A stretch of 63,976 nt of DNA, filler included, from Folioceros fuciformis (GCA_049999805.1; 23 parts of 23 records of this genome joined end to end with filler, not necessarily neighbours in it), one strand, 5' to 3'; positions 1-12,680 are shown, numbered from the whole stretch's first letter. Program-made: numbers and translations. The notes: generated by a model from the sequence alone, not told the origin.

Positions 1-466
1 CTCTTGGGGCGAAACCTGAGCTGGGGGCAGCTGCCAAGCTTGCTTTGTCACCAGTGGGCACGTGGTCATCCCAGGTTTTCAGAGGGCTGGCCTCCCCTCC
101 CATCGGTATCAGAATCTTTTTTTGTAGCGGGCTTTCGTGAAGGAGCCGGAACAGGAGAAAGCAGGATGGCGATGGTGAAGTCTGCCCTATAAAAGGAGGC
201 AGGGGCAGCAGGCGGAGGCAGCAAATATTCTCAATCCTTGAGCGTAGAGGAGCAGCGAAAGCGGCAGGCAGCGGAGAAGTCAGATTATTGGTGTCGCAGG
301 GTTGATTGAGGCTCAGAAAAAGCGAAGGGAGGAAGGGCCTGCCGTTGCAGACTATTTAGTGTGATGTTGCCGAGTTGGTAGGGCAAAGCTTTTGTGCGCT
401 GGAAGGTGAGAACCGGGAAGGAAGGTCGTGCGATTGGGACTTGTGTGCGATCTGCTCGAACGTGCT

Positions 467-736
467 ATGGCGGATGAGACAGTGCAGCGCATAACTGGCG
501 ATGAGCAGGAGGAGACGGTGTCGGTTGATAAGGAGCAGCTTGCGCGATCCCGCCTTCTCAACATCTCCCTGGCGTCCGAGGAAGCGAGCATCCAGGCCGC
601 AGCTGGTGCTGCTGCTGCTGCTGAGACTGCGAAGGGTGCAGAGGTGAAATTGGAGGATGAAACTGAGAGGTTCAGGCGGAATCTGATGTCTGTGTCGTGC
701 TTGCCCGGGTCGTCATGCGCTCCCGAGCAAGCGTAA
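467..736 (+). CDS. hypothetical small acidic, Ala/Glu-rich protein (89 aa)
   Basis: ATG at 467 gives MADETVQRITGDEQEETV...; TATAAAA at 188-194 and CACGTGG G-box/ABRE at 59-65 upstream; no recognised domain. Confidence 0.35.
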   Translation: MADETVQRITGDEQEETVSVDKEQLARSRLLNISLASEEASIQAAAGAAAAAETAKGAEVKLEDETERFRRNLMSVSCLPGSSCAPEQA

Positions 737-3700
737 CGGCAGGTGTGAGAAGAGCAGTGATGGCTAGTCTAAGGCGCAGACTCCAGCCAGCGCGAGCTGA
801 TGTGTAGCCTCTGTGAGGCGAGGCTGGTGCTTGTGAAGTACGTAGATGTAGTGTAACATGGTGGCGTAGTGGGTATGGACTCCCGAGTGGTGCCTCAGCC
901 CGCGAGGTTAGAGACGGGAGGTGAGCAGTGGGTAGATTGGTGGGGCGATTGCAAGCCAAGCGATTCAACGATTGTTTTGATGATATGATGTGTGTTGTTA
1001 AGACTTGTGGTGGTGCGCATTTAGAGGCCGTGATCGAATTGTGTATTGTTGGCTTTGCCCCGCGGTGTTGATTTCCAAAGTTCCGTGGTGAGACATGCAC
1101 GTGGTGGTTGTCATCGTTTTGGTTTACGTTCCTGTGCCGAGAACGGGTCGTCGGTTGTATTGGTTTTGGTCTGGCCGACTGTGTGTGAAATGCGGAGAGG
1201 CAGCGTGAGACAGATAGAGGAGATGTGGGGGTGGGGAAGGGATTGGTAGCGGAGAATGAGCGCTCACACACGGCATACGTAGCATAGGTGTGTGAGTGGG
1301 AGACAGGCCGGCATGCCATCCCACGATGTGTGGAGGAGGTGGAGGTTTGGTTTTGTATGTAGGTGGTAAATGGGAGCTCTGCAATGCCACGGACACGGAC
1401 ACGGCCACGGCCACGGCCACGCCCATGCCCAGGCCCATGCCCGCGCCCTGGCCCTGTACATGGTAACGAGCGGCAAGCATGTGATATGACAATTGCAGTT
1501 GGAATCGGGAGGTTGTTGGGCTCCCCTGTTGTGGGAACGTGACTAGAGAGCGTACTCACAGTGTAGAGTGTGGAGCTTTTAGGCTGGAGGCTAGCGTGGT
1601 GAGGTGTGGAGCACGAGGTGGTGGTAGTAGTAGTAGCAGCAGCAGTGGGAGAGGTGCTTGTGGGCAGCAGGGCATGGCAGGGGAGGGGAGAGCAGGGCAT
1701 CGCGGGGCAGGGGCAGCAGGGGCAGGACAGAAGATGCGTGGCTGATTTTTGAAATGGTGGGGTTCCTGGTTTAGCTCCTGATGTCGCGGGGCGTGGTGCT
1801 GCGGCTCGTAGGGCACGAGCTGCGTGCTGGTGCTGGTTGACTGGATAGCCAAACCGCTACTGCAACTGCAACTTCAAACAAAATGTTGTGTACCATATCA
1901 TATCCTATCCAGGCGGGCGCGTCGGCTGTGGAAGCCCGACTGCCATGCCATGCCAAGTTGCTTCTGGCAGTGGAGTGGAGTGAGAGTGAGAGAGCNNNNN
2001 NNNNNNNNNNNNNNNNNNNNNNNNNNNNNNNNNNNNNNNTTAATTAATTAANNNNNNNNNNNNNNNNNNNNNNNNNNNNNNNNNNNNNNNNNNNNAGCTC
2101 TCCGGCGCCAGCTCGGTCGGACGCCACCGAGCCCACCCTCCCGGGGGCCGGGCCCTCTCGGCGTTGTGACGTCGCATTCCTGGAATTTGCATGGCGATCG
2201 ATGCCTGGGCCGGGCCCCGGGTCTTGCCTCGGCCCTGCAGGTCTGCACTGCACACATGGTGGCATCTCGTTATTTACTGAGCCGGTTGCGCCACGCGCGT
2301 CGCGCACTGCAGGTGGATGAAGAGAGGAAAAACAGCACGATGTCCGGGGTCCGTCTGGTCGCCGACTGGGACTGAGGACGAGGCACGACCGGGACGCGGT
2401 CGCCCACTCGCTGGATACATACATACAATATCTGACTGGACTGGACTGGACTGGAGGTTAGGGCAAGAGCCAGGAGAGGCGCAATGTTCTGTTTGTCTCA
2501 TGCTGCTGCACTAGGACACGGTAGTGGCAGTGGCTGTGACTGTGGCTGTGGCAGTGGCTGGCTCTCATGAAAGTCATCCGGCTACATGGCGTCACTCACC
2601 GCCACGACGTTGTGTGTCATGACACACACCCATAGAAAGAAAGACGGAGAGAGAAAGTGAGCGAGGAGCCGGGGCCATCTGGTGAAAAGGAGGCTTGGCC
2701 CCAGCACCTCACTCTCTCTCGCTCCTTCCCTCTCTCCACACTCCATGACTTTAGTAGACTCGAGAACGCGCCACACTCCAGTCCAGTCCAGTCCAGTCCA
2801 GTCCAGTCCGGTGACCAGCCCCAACCAACGAGACTCTGCAAGCTGCAAGAAGAAAGAGCAAGAGAACGACAAGGAGGCAAACAACAACATGGAAATTCAG
2901 GACCCTTTTCGGGCTGGGCCAAGCGAAGCCTGGCCTTGTTGCCCTTGCTTGCCTTGCCTGGCCTCGCTCGCTCGCTCCTAACTCTGGTCAGAGTGAAGAC
3001 TGATGTCATGTTTCCCACACTTGCTCACGCTGTACCTGTCTTGGTGGGCTGGTTTTGTGGGCTCCGAATATACCCAGTCGTCCCACCTCCTATTACAAGC
3101 CAACAACGCACCGGCGGTCGCTCTTGGTACATGTGTGTACAAGCCAATGCCCTGCATACGGCTGCATAGTCCATAACCTACCAATTCCCTTGTACATAGC
3201 CAGCCAGCCAGCCAGCCAGCCAGCCCAGCCCAGCCAAACAAGGAGAGAAACAAAAACAGGAGCTCTCATCACGTCTCGTCTCGTCCCGTGTGCTGGCAGA
3301 TGCAGTGCAGCTGCAGCTGCTCGTACTGGATATACATACATATGTACCAATACTCATGTCCCACAATCAAGTTGTATAAGGAGCTGGGACAAGTATGTAC
3401 TGTCCTACCCCTAGTGTAAAGCACAAAACTGTACATAGCCATTATAATACATAAAGGAGGGTTGGAGGAGCGGGGATGGGATGGATGGTCTACCGGCAGT
3501 ACGGACGGTCGGTTTTCGATTGTTCCGTGCCCCCTGCCGTGTGGACGTCCCCTTCTCCGTCCCACCTGCCTTTTTCTGACATGCCGACAATAGTGGTGGT
3601 ATGCCACCCTATGGTTGGTTTCTAGGGCCAAAGGGGCAGGAAAGAAGCCAAGGGAAGGGGAGGGAATGGAATGGAAGGCAGGCAGGCAGGCAAACACAAC

Positions 3701-5920
3701 CAACCCCACTTCCTGCCGCTGGATGCCAAGGGTTTGTCAAGTTTTAACCCGTGCGGCGCCGCAACAAAAGGTGGTGAGACAGCCAAACGCTCGCACACTC
3801 CTAATAACCATCTACGTCAAAGACTTGAGAGAGAGAGAGAGAACAAGAGAAAGAGAGAAAAGGAGGAGTAATAAAAAGGGTCTTATTTCATCAACAGGTC
3901 CAGTCCACAGCAGTACCTGCCTTTCCCACATGATGGTCCGATGCCACGAGCCTAGGGGCCCCGCCCATAACGTGTGTCGTTGTAACGGGACGGGATTCGC
4001 CATGGACGGTGTCAGAATCCATGCTTATCCGATGGCCCCGCCCCAGGCCCAGGCACAGGCCCGGGCCCCTGCTGTAGCGAATGTCATTTCATGTCCTGAC
4101 GGTTACGCCTCCTGACAGGGCATTGTCCGAGACGGGATACAAGAGACTGGGAGACGGAGAAGGAAGACCGACATGGCAGGCAGTCCCCGTTCACACTTAC
4201 ACACGGAACGGAACCTGATTTGCGAGCCCCGCCTGCCCGCGCTTCCTTCAACTTGGCAGTGCCACGCCACACTCTGCCCCAAATATGACAAAGCGCTTTT
4301 ATGGACAGAATCAGGCTGGCGAGGCCAAGGCTCGAGCGCGCGGCAGTCGGGATGCGTGCAGAGGCGCTCAGACCTCATCATTGTCTCTGCAAAACGTGGA
4401 GAAAGATGCACCGCGGCCAGGCTAGGGCAGGACTGGCCCTGGCCTGCCCCGCTGCTTCCTCAATGCTCAATGCTCAATGCTGCTGCCTTGCGTCTCCCCG
4501 AAGCACTCTTTCACGCCATGTTCCTGCATCATGACCGCTCCCTCCTGCTGTTGCCAGAGAGCCAGTAGCACAGCGGGCCACTGTCTCACTCGCTGGCTGC
4601 CTGGCCGCGGCAGCAGCAGCGGCAGCGGCAGCGGCTCTCAAATCCATGCAACAAAACAAAATGCAAGTGCAGTCCAAACTCCTCGGCGGCATCATCCTAG
4701 TGATACAGTGCTGCAACGGCACTCGTCCTTTCTCCCTCATCCGGGCCCCTCTCCTCTCCTCTCCTCGCCTGCTCCTGCTCCTGCTCCTGCTCCTGCACTG
4801 CATCATACGTACTGGAGTAAAATAATGACAGAACCGCGCAGGCACAGGCCAAGGTGCAGGACACTGCCATCCATGTCTCTCCTTCGCCATTGAGCTGCAT
4901 ACCATTCCAAATCAATTTGTACTGCACAAATCGCAGCTCAGCTCCCGTCCACTGGCTTCTGGCCATGGATACATACCCTGCACTGCACGACACAGATCGT
5001 ATCATATCAATTGCACCTCTGCCAATTGCAACGTCTTCGTCCCGCTTGGAATAGAGGATCGACGGAAGCACGCAGGCGCAGGCCAACCGGCTTTTCTGGC
5101 ACCACCTAGTCATGTGCCACATGTGGGACAGGCAAAAGGGAAAAGAAAACAAGAGCGGGCCAGGAGCGAGGAGAGCCAGGGAGGGCTGCTCACAGACAGC
5201 AACCGACATGCCGCGTTTTCTCTTTCTCTTGCAGTATCCGGCGGACCGCACACCACGAAGAAGCGCTAGCGCAACAAGGCACCGCACCTCACCTCCATCC
5301 TTCCCACCTCATCAAGTCCGCTAGGACAAGGAATCCCCTCAAACCAACGATGCCACCGGGTGCATGCGCCTCGGGAACGCAACGGAGGCAACAACGGGCG
5401 CGGCAACGGCAACGGCAATGCCAACGGAAACGGAAAACACAAAGACACAAGCAACCGCAATACGTGTACTGTTACTAGAGAGAGAGCGCCAGGGGGGAGG
5501 ACGGACCTGGGGAGGGAAGCTTCTGGACTAGACTGGATAAAAACCGTCATGGCAGGTAAGAAAGTGCATGGTCAGGGCCAGACAGCTATAAGGACAAGGA
5601 GCAAGAACATCATCGTCGTCACCATGCGCATGTCTGGAAGGGGGGAGAGAGAGAGGGCATCTTGCTTTACCTCATCTCTCTCAGCACACTTTCATCAGCG
5701 CAAACAGCGACTCCCACTTGACAACAACACACCCTGCTCATCAGATGGCACACACGGACATGCCAGATTTCAAAAACAGTATGTACATTTACATACATGG
5801 AATTCATTCGTACAGGATACACAGTACTAGTGTATGTGTCCAACCAACTTCAGCCTTCTCTTCCCCAATGACAATGGGTACAGGCTCTGTATAGCACTTC
5901 CACTTGCAGCGAGCCAGCAG

Positions 5921-5996
5921 GATGAAGATATAACTATAGGATGGACACATAACTGTAGACTGAAGATATAACTGCGGGATGAAGACATAACTGTAG
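5921..5996. repeat. 19-bp tandem repeat, 4 copies (GATGAAGAYATAACTRTAG-like), downstream of the ARF stop
   Basis: Units start at 5921, 5940, 5959 and 5978. Confidence 0.8.
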
Positions 5997-6146
5997 CATC
6001 ACTGATTGTCCAGGCCATGACCAGGTTGCAAGTATAACATATCGAATAGGTAATTAGACAAGGCAAAGGTGAAATATAGTTGCTGGTGAATGAAACTCTT
6101 GTTGAGGCTGTTTTGCTGGACTGGTCTCCCTCCATCCCTCTCCTCC

Positions 6147-7817
6147 CTATGATCCGCAGCTGGTGGCGTCGGGAAGAATGGTGAGGCGACGCACGGATTG
6201 CATGAAAATTCTGCACCCACAAGCAAGCATTGGTAGTGGTGTGAGGGGGAGTTGGGTATGTGGGTAGGTTGTGAAATAGGAAGAGACGCAGTTACTACCT
6301 GTAGGGCTCATAGCCGACTTGAAGAGTGGAGCCTTCCGAGTTACGATACACCAAGTTCTTCTGCAGTTCCACCTTGTCCATGCAGAACATGCTTGCTAAG
6401 CGGCCAAAAAGTTCGTCGTAGTTGCTGAAGATAGCCAGGTCCACGGTTCGACCTACCTCCTCGCTGTCTTTGAACACCTTGCAGTGCGAGAAAGAGTTGA
6501 AAAAGAACCTATCCGCCTTCTCCTTCAATGCTGGCAGGGTTTGATCCTTCATCCACTTGGGCCCGCCCGCAGCAGCAGCGGCAACAGCGGCATGTGAGTA
6601 GAGCCTGTGTAAGTGGTCAACCTCGTAGCCTCCCCCTCGAGCCTGCACCGAATCCCCTGATACGTTTTGAACTTCACCGGGACCGTTGGTGGAGAAGGAG
6701 TCATGCTGGTGCCGAGCGGCAGATGAACCGGTCTTGTCGGCCAGGTCTATTGCCTGCCCAAAGAGCAGAAACGGAGCCGTCTTGGATGAACCGTTAGTCA
6801 CCGGGGCTGCGGCCACCTGAGACACGGTACTCGCAGTCTTGAAGCCCCCAGGCCAGTCCTGCTGCTGCAACCCAGGGCTGCTTACCGAAGTATACAACGA
6901 CAGCCCGTGGCTCTGCACCACCACTCCACCACCACCAGCAGTAGCGGTGCCAGTTCCTGCACTAGCCCCACCTCTCTCCTGCTGACGATACACCTGGTCC
7001 AGAAGCATCCCAGCCGGAACTGGGACAGAGCCCTTCTTGGCACGCAAGGCTGGAAAGAGTTGCCCGTCGAACCGTTCTTGCCTGGCTTCCTGCATGCCTG
7101 CAGGGATATCTTCCACAAGACCCCACGGAGAGATGGGCCCTAGAGCCGCCGCCATGGACATGCCTTGCAGAGCATACTCCGAGTTTCGCGGATTCTTCTT
7201 GGGCAGAGCGAAGGGAGGAAGCTGCATGGGCAGGGTGGACACCAGGTCCACCTGCCAGGGGCTCACCCTGCTCACTCCCTGCAGCAAGTCCGGCTCGTCC
7301 CAAGTCACCTGTTCCACACACAGCCACAGGACGGGCAGGGCAGGGCAAGGCAAGTCAAGGCAGGAAGAATTCAGAAATGCGTCGTGAACAAATGCATCCC
7401 TGCAAATGATAGGTTCAAGCTCCCGCAGTGAAGCAAGAAGGAGGAAATAATAGCATTGACAGGAAAAGAGATAAAAAGAGAGGCGGGTAGCCACCTGCAG
7501 CACACGCCAAGGAGAATTGGGCCAAAAGTGAGGATCCGCCGGCTGCACTGCCGCAATGGTGCCCATGAACCAGCTGATCCTGGACGAATCCTCCGTCTCG
7601 AACGGCATCTTAAACCTCATCCCCGTGTACCAGGTCTGCTCCAACGCAGCCTTGACAGCCTTGGCCTTGACGCAGAATTCAGCCGTGCTGGCCCTGGGGT
7701 AATAGACGACCTCAAACGGATGCCCCGCCACAGCCAACGACGCCGCCTCGACCACGGACTTGGCGGTAACCCGGGCCCGGTTCCTGGCAAAGCTGCTAGC
7801 GCTGGTCGCTCTCCCGG
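6147..7817 (-). CDS. ARF: class C auxin response factor (ARF10/16/17-like), 3' part: ARF domain, middle region, PB1; exons 7817-7495, 7308-6299, 6210-6147
   Basis: SFARNRARVTAKSV, FEVVYYPRASTAEFCV, GMRFKMPFETEDSSRISWFMGT, LLFG motif, PB1 HCKVF..GRTVDL..EPYR/IFMQSVRRLTIL; GT-AG introns 7494-7309 and 6298-6211; 5' truncated at contig edge. Confidence 0.96.
7079..7099 (-). promoter_or_regulatory. miR160 target site, variant with a mismatch opposite miRNA nt 10
   Basis: Plus strand TGCCTGGCTTCCTGCATGCCT vs canonical miR160 UGCCUGGCUCCCUGUAUGCCA; at the expected position in the class C ARF middle region. Confidence 0.9.
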
Positions 7818-9779
7818 NNNNNNNNNNNNNNNNNNNNNNNNNNNNNNNNNNNNNNNNNNNNTTAATTAATTAANNNNNNNNNNNNNNNNNNNNNNNNNNN
7901 NNNNNNNNNNNNNNNNNACAGAGGCCTCTGCACTGGGAGCTCCTCCCACACTCTCTTCCACTCCAAGTCAGGCTCACTCCCGGTGACTTGCAGCCGGATG
8001 GATGCGCAAGGCCCGCAGATGCCGCAGAGAAGGACCCCGCCGGCAGGAGAGACATGGTACCTGACGTTGGGTGCAGCGAATCTACAGCCCGCCGAGTTGT
8101 TCACAACTTGACACCACATGGTGCCACGATGTGCCTGGGACCGATCCATGCCACCGCCTGCCACCCACTCATCCGATTCTGCTGCGCTTCCTGGGACACC
8201 ACACAGACGGGATGGATAACGGATAACGGGGCGCGTACTGACGCCCATTTATATCTCTGTTACCTCAATCCCGGTTACCCCACACCAGGCTTTTTTTTTC
8301 ATACTTTCCAAACTATGAGTAGTCATTAAAATTTCATTATTGTAGTCGACTAATATATTATATTGAATCTATTATAATGATTATTTTATTCCGGAACCGG
8401 AACTGATGGATTAACAGGCTCCCCATCCCATCCAGATGGCCCTGTACCACCACTACTGTTAGTGGACTGGAAGACCAAAAACACAAGCCTGAACCGGTTG
8501 CATACAATCTGTGTCCCCGAGGAATCAAGGAACCCACCCTAAGACCCCAAAAATATGGGATGTCAACACGACAAAACACAGGACAGGCCTGTCTGCAAGC
8601 TCGACCTCCAGCTCAAGCTCAACCCTAGTAAGTGAAGACAAGTCTAGACTGGACTGGACTGCACTGCACTGCCAGCCACCAGAATACATACATTGGACCT
8701 GGGACAGAAACATAATCTAGGAAGGAGCTTCAGCCTCAGCTTCGTTCCAGATTCTGTGAGAAACAAATGTGTGAGTGAAACTCGCCTGCAAGCAGGATTA
8801 GGGTTTTCAGAAAAGGACAAAGGCAACTCAGGTACGTACATAGGTGAGAGAGATCACAGCTTGAATGAATGAATGAAGCTCCCGCGGATGTAGGTGCAGC
8901 AACTCTGTGGCAGCTTCACAAGAGATCATGGCGTGTAATGGACTAATGTCACTCAGCAGGGAGACTAATCTCTCTGGCTGGAAGGACAGCCCTCATGTAT
9001 GTACAAGGCAGGATAGGACGGGACAGGACAGGACAGGACAGGAGGAGGTTATACGTACATGCATACATGTGTGGCGTGTGTACCGGATAGGGTATGGGTG
9101 TTGTATGGCAGAACATATGCGACAGGAAGCCAACATAATGCGGGTAGGTGGCATCGGTAAATGTCCGGTCGTCCGGGAAGTAGGTTAGGAGGAAACGGAC
9201 AAAGGTTGCGGATTAAAAACAAAAAAGAAAAACAAGGCAAAAAAGAAACCAGCTTCTCCGGTGCCTGGGCCGGGGCCGGGGCCGGGGCCGGTGATAGCTG
9301 GGCCCGGGTTGAAAGGTGATGGCGATGTCGGAAGAGGTGAAGGAGAGTGTCACGGCACCCCCGCAAGTCCCATACCACTTGGCACTCGGCACATGCGCCG
9401 GCCTTCCTCCCTCATCATGCCCCTTGCCTTGTCCTGCTTCTCCTCCTCCTCCTCCCATCCTTCTCCTCCTCCTCCTCCCATCCTTCTCCTCCTCCTCCTC
9501 CTCCCCATTCTTCTCCTCCTCCTGCACCGCATTTCTCCTCTCCACCTGCTTCGTGTTGCTTGCCGGCTCGGCAAATGCGTCAGCTCCTGGACCTGTCCAT
9601 GGGAGCAGTGGCAGCGGCAGCGCCTGCCCTTCCCCAGCGAGAGGAGGGGGAGGAGGTGGGAGAAGTAGCGTAGCGCAGCACAGCACAGCACAGCACAGCA
9701 CAGCGCAGAGAGGCGGAGCGGAGCGGAGGGAGGGTTTGTGGTGGCGGAGCGGCGGGGTGGAATTGGAGGAGGAGGCGAC

Positions 9780-9939
9780 ATGGAGCGGGGGCTGGACTCG
9801 CAGCTATGGCACGCGTGCGCGGGAGGGATGGTGCAGCTTCCCACGGTTGGAGCCAAGGTGATCTACTTCCCGCAGGGACACGGCGAGCAGGCGGCCAGCA
9901 GCGTGGATTTCCCGCGCAGCCTGGGGCCTGCCGGCACCA
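9780..9939 (+). CDS. ARF: class C ARF N-terminus (start of DNA-binding domain), truncated
   Basis: [39 protein letters not shown] is the characteristic class C ARF N-terminal motif. Confidence 0.93.
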
Positions 9940-10039
9940 NNNNNNNNNNNNNNNNNNNNNNNNNNNNNNNNNNNNNNNNNNNNTTAATTAATTAANNNNN
10001 NNNNNNNNNNNNNNNNNNNNNNNNNNNNNNNNNNNNNNN

Positions 10040-11150
10040 GTTTCATTGTGCATCCCGCTCAATTGTCCTGTCTAAAACTATGAGCACCTTGCATCACGAT
10101 TAAAAGAACGAAAAAGTTTCTTGCAGTTTTGGTCGAAACGAACAAAATCCTCGGTAGTTTCTTCACTTCTCATCAGTTGGGTCGTTACCCGGATGACTCG
10201 CGTTTGGCCCTTGACACGTCCCAAGCAACTTCCTCCTCCTTACATATCTCGATAACATGTATGGATATGTAAGGAGACATCAACTCGATATGTATCCTTG
10301 TACTAACTAAATATGCTACTAGATATACTAATGCATAACCTTACTTGGGAGTTTGCTTTTTGACATTCCCCCTCAAGCTCGTACTATTTTTAATATTCTA
10401 AGTAGTTCACAAAAATGGAGGATGTGCCGAATGTTAGGTTTATATTCATGCAACCTCTCATATGGTGTAGCACCATGAATCCCTGCTTTGGAAGTTTGAT
10501 TCAACACATATACCATAGTCATGACAACTTCTGCCCAATATGTATCAAGTAAGCATTTTTCATTTAGCATTGCCCTTGCTAATTCCATTAGCACACTATT
10601 TTTCCTCTCTGCAACACCGTTTTGTTGCAATGTATATCAACAAGTCAGTTGTCTTCGTATCCCATATTTCACAAGATACCTATCAAATTCATTTGAGATA
10701 TATTCTCTACTTCCATCTAATCAAAGACAAGAAACGGAGAAGCTAAATTCATTTTTAGCATGCTTCTTGAAGTTTCTAAATGCATTGAATACTTCATTCT
10801 TATGCTTGAGTATGTACAACCAAGTTTACCTATTGAAGTCATCCACAAATGAGACATACTAATGCGCTCCACCAAATGATTTGTTCGAGGATGGACCCAA
10901 CACATATGAATGTCTTAGCTGCACTAGTTTTGTGCTATTTTGCACATGTCGCATAAATAAAAATCTTATTTGGTTACCAAATTGACATGCAGGAAACACA
11001 TGTCCAAGATCAACATACTTGAATCTAGGCAATTCAAGCACTACACCTTTTTGTTGCATAGATTTCAGCTTCTATATGTTCACATGTCCAATCCTTTTAT
11101 GTCATATCTCGCCATCACGTATGGCACCTTCATCATTTGCAAACATGGCT
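10040..11150 (-). mobile_element. degenerate Ty1/copia relic: GAG-pre-integrase and integrase, then polypurine tract and 3' LTR start
   Basis: H-K-R-I-G-H pre-integrase remnant; QQNGVAERKN..LMELARAML..YWAEVV integrase with stops and frameshifts; GAGGGGGAA-TGTCA (PPT then TG) at about 10374-10361. Confidence 0.88.
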
Positions 11151-11519
11151 ATGTTTAGCTCTGGAGTAGATGCATTCAAAGTGTTTTGAAGCAAGATTGA
11201 GGAGACCAAACGAAAGGAGAAGGGGAAGACATCGGAAGAATCAGCCTTTGTGACCAAGAAGGTTGGCGACGGATCAGCCAACCTTGTGAAACAAACCGAG
11301 GCCTCTTCATTCACGGGGAGAAATCGTGTTCATAAATTGAATTGCGTGTATTACCACATATTCACACAATTGCCAAAAGCAAAGTATATAATTTTAGAAC
11401 CTGATATGTCTTATATACAATATATCAAGAGTCACGACTGTTCATTAATCTCTCATAATCCTAACTAGCTAACATAAGCTACGTTTATATGTATGTAACC
11501 CTAACGAGGGGTTTTACTT

Positions 11520-11900
11520 CAAACAAATCGTAGATCTAATCTCACTTGCAATTATTGTGGCAAGGTTGGACATTTTGCAAGGAATTGCTTCAAGAGAGAT
11601 CGAGATGAGAAGGCAAAGAGTCAAGGAAACTTCGTGGAAAAGTATGAGGAAGCTTTTGTGTGCACACATCATCCCTCCAAGCAAGTCGAAGAATGGTACA
11701 TTGATTCGGGAGCTATGGAGCACATGACCAATAGGCATGAGTGGTTCCAATCTTTCAAGTCCATTCCTGCTACCAAGATCTATTTGGGTGATAATTCAAT
11801 CCAAATATGTGAGGGGGAAGGTGTTGTGGCAATGGATATGACCACACCTAACGGAGTAGTGCGTGGGATGTTGAAAAGGGTGCTATACGTACCAGGCTTG
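11520..11900 (+). mobile_element. Ty1/copia gag zinc knuckle and aspartic protease fragment
   Basis: CNYCGKVGHFARNC (CCHC), WYIDSGAMEHMT protease active site, LKRVLYVPGL. Confidence 0.9.
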
Positions 11901-12680
11901 NNNNNNNNNNNNNNNNNNNNNNNNNNNNNNNNNNNNNNNNNNNNTTAATTAATTAANNNNNNNNNNNNNNNNNNNNNNNNNNNNNNNNNNNNNNNNNNNN
12001 CCCCAAATCATTCACCCCAGAGCCAGCCCTGCTCCTGCCTCTGCAGACCCCAGCTGCCGCTCCCTCCCCGCTCCAACTTCTGCATCTTGCAGCCGCAAAA
12101 CACATGAAAGGTACAGTACATACTTCAAAGGTCAGGTACAAAGCCAGCGCCGACGACACAACCTGCCTCTCAAAAGACGAGATCCAGATCTGGCGCTTGT
12201 GGCTCGCCATCATTGACAATACGGATTGAATCCATCAAGGATGAGTCAGTCTTCCTCCCTAACAACAGGGCCCTAGGCTAGCCCCAAAAACCAAGGGGCA
12301 GTACTTAAGGATCCTCACATATCGTCACACAACAACCAATGTGGATTCATCTTCGTCCACTTCACGAAGAGCCGGTACCGAGGGCTGGAGGCCCTTCCAC
12401 TCATTCCGTTGCGCTCTGCAACTCGAGTGGTCAGACAAAACTCATTCCCTCACCTGCTCATACACCCTACGGCAACGACACTTGCCACCGCAACAGATGC
12501 AATCCATACTTCCTACTACTCCTGCAATGGGCTAAGTGCCGTAGGAGGGGCAGCACACCATCTCTTATTCCTTGCCCCACTGGTGCCAGCACCCACACCT
12601 CCTCTACAACAAGCCAAGGGACACTTCTGGAAACAAATGGTTGACCAGGCTCTGCCTCCTGCTCCATAGCTAACTCCAGA

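Noticed and set aside
672-1852. 342-aa and 98-aa minus-strand ORFs
   Set aside because: Low-complexity, microsatellite-driven translation with no domain
2040-2051. TTAATTAATTAA palindrome recurring through the window, and ORFs ending in X...LIN
   Set aside because: Synthetic all-frame-stop linker inside N padding; not biological, and no gene clustering can be inferred across it
2096-6140. Many overlapping 60-200 aa ORFs
   Set aside because: GC-rich intergenic DNA full of (CTGGA)n, (CAGC)n and (GA)n tracts; no family motifs or consistent exon chain
7079-7099. MIR160 gene on the plus strand
   Set aside because: No star strand or hairpin; it is the antisense of the target site inside the ARF CDS
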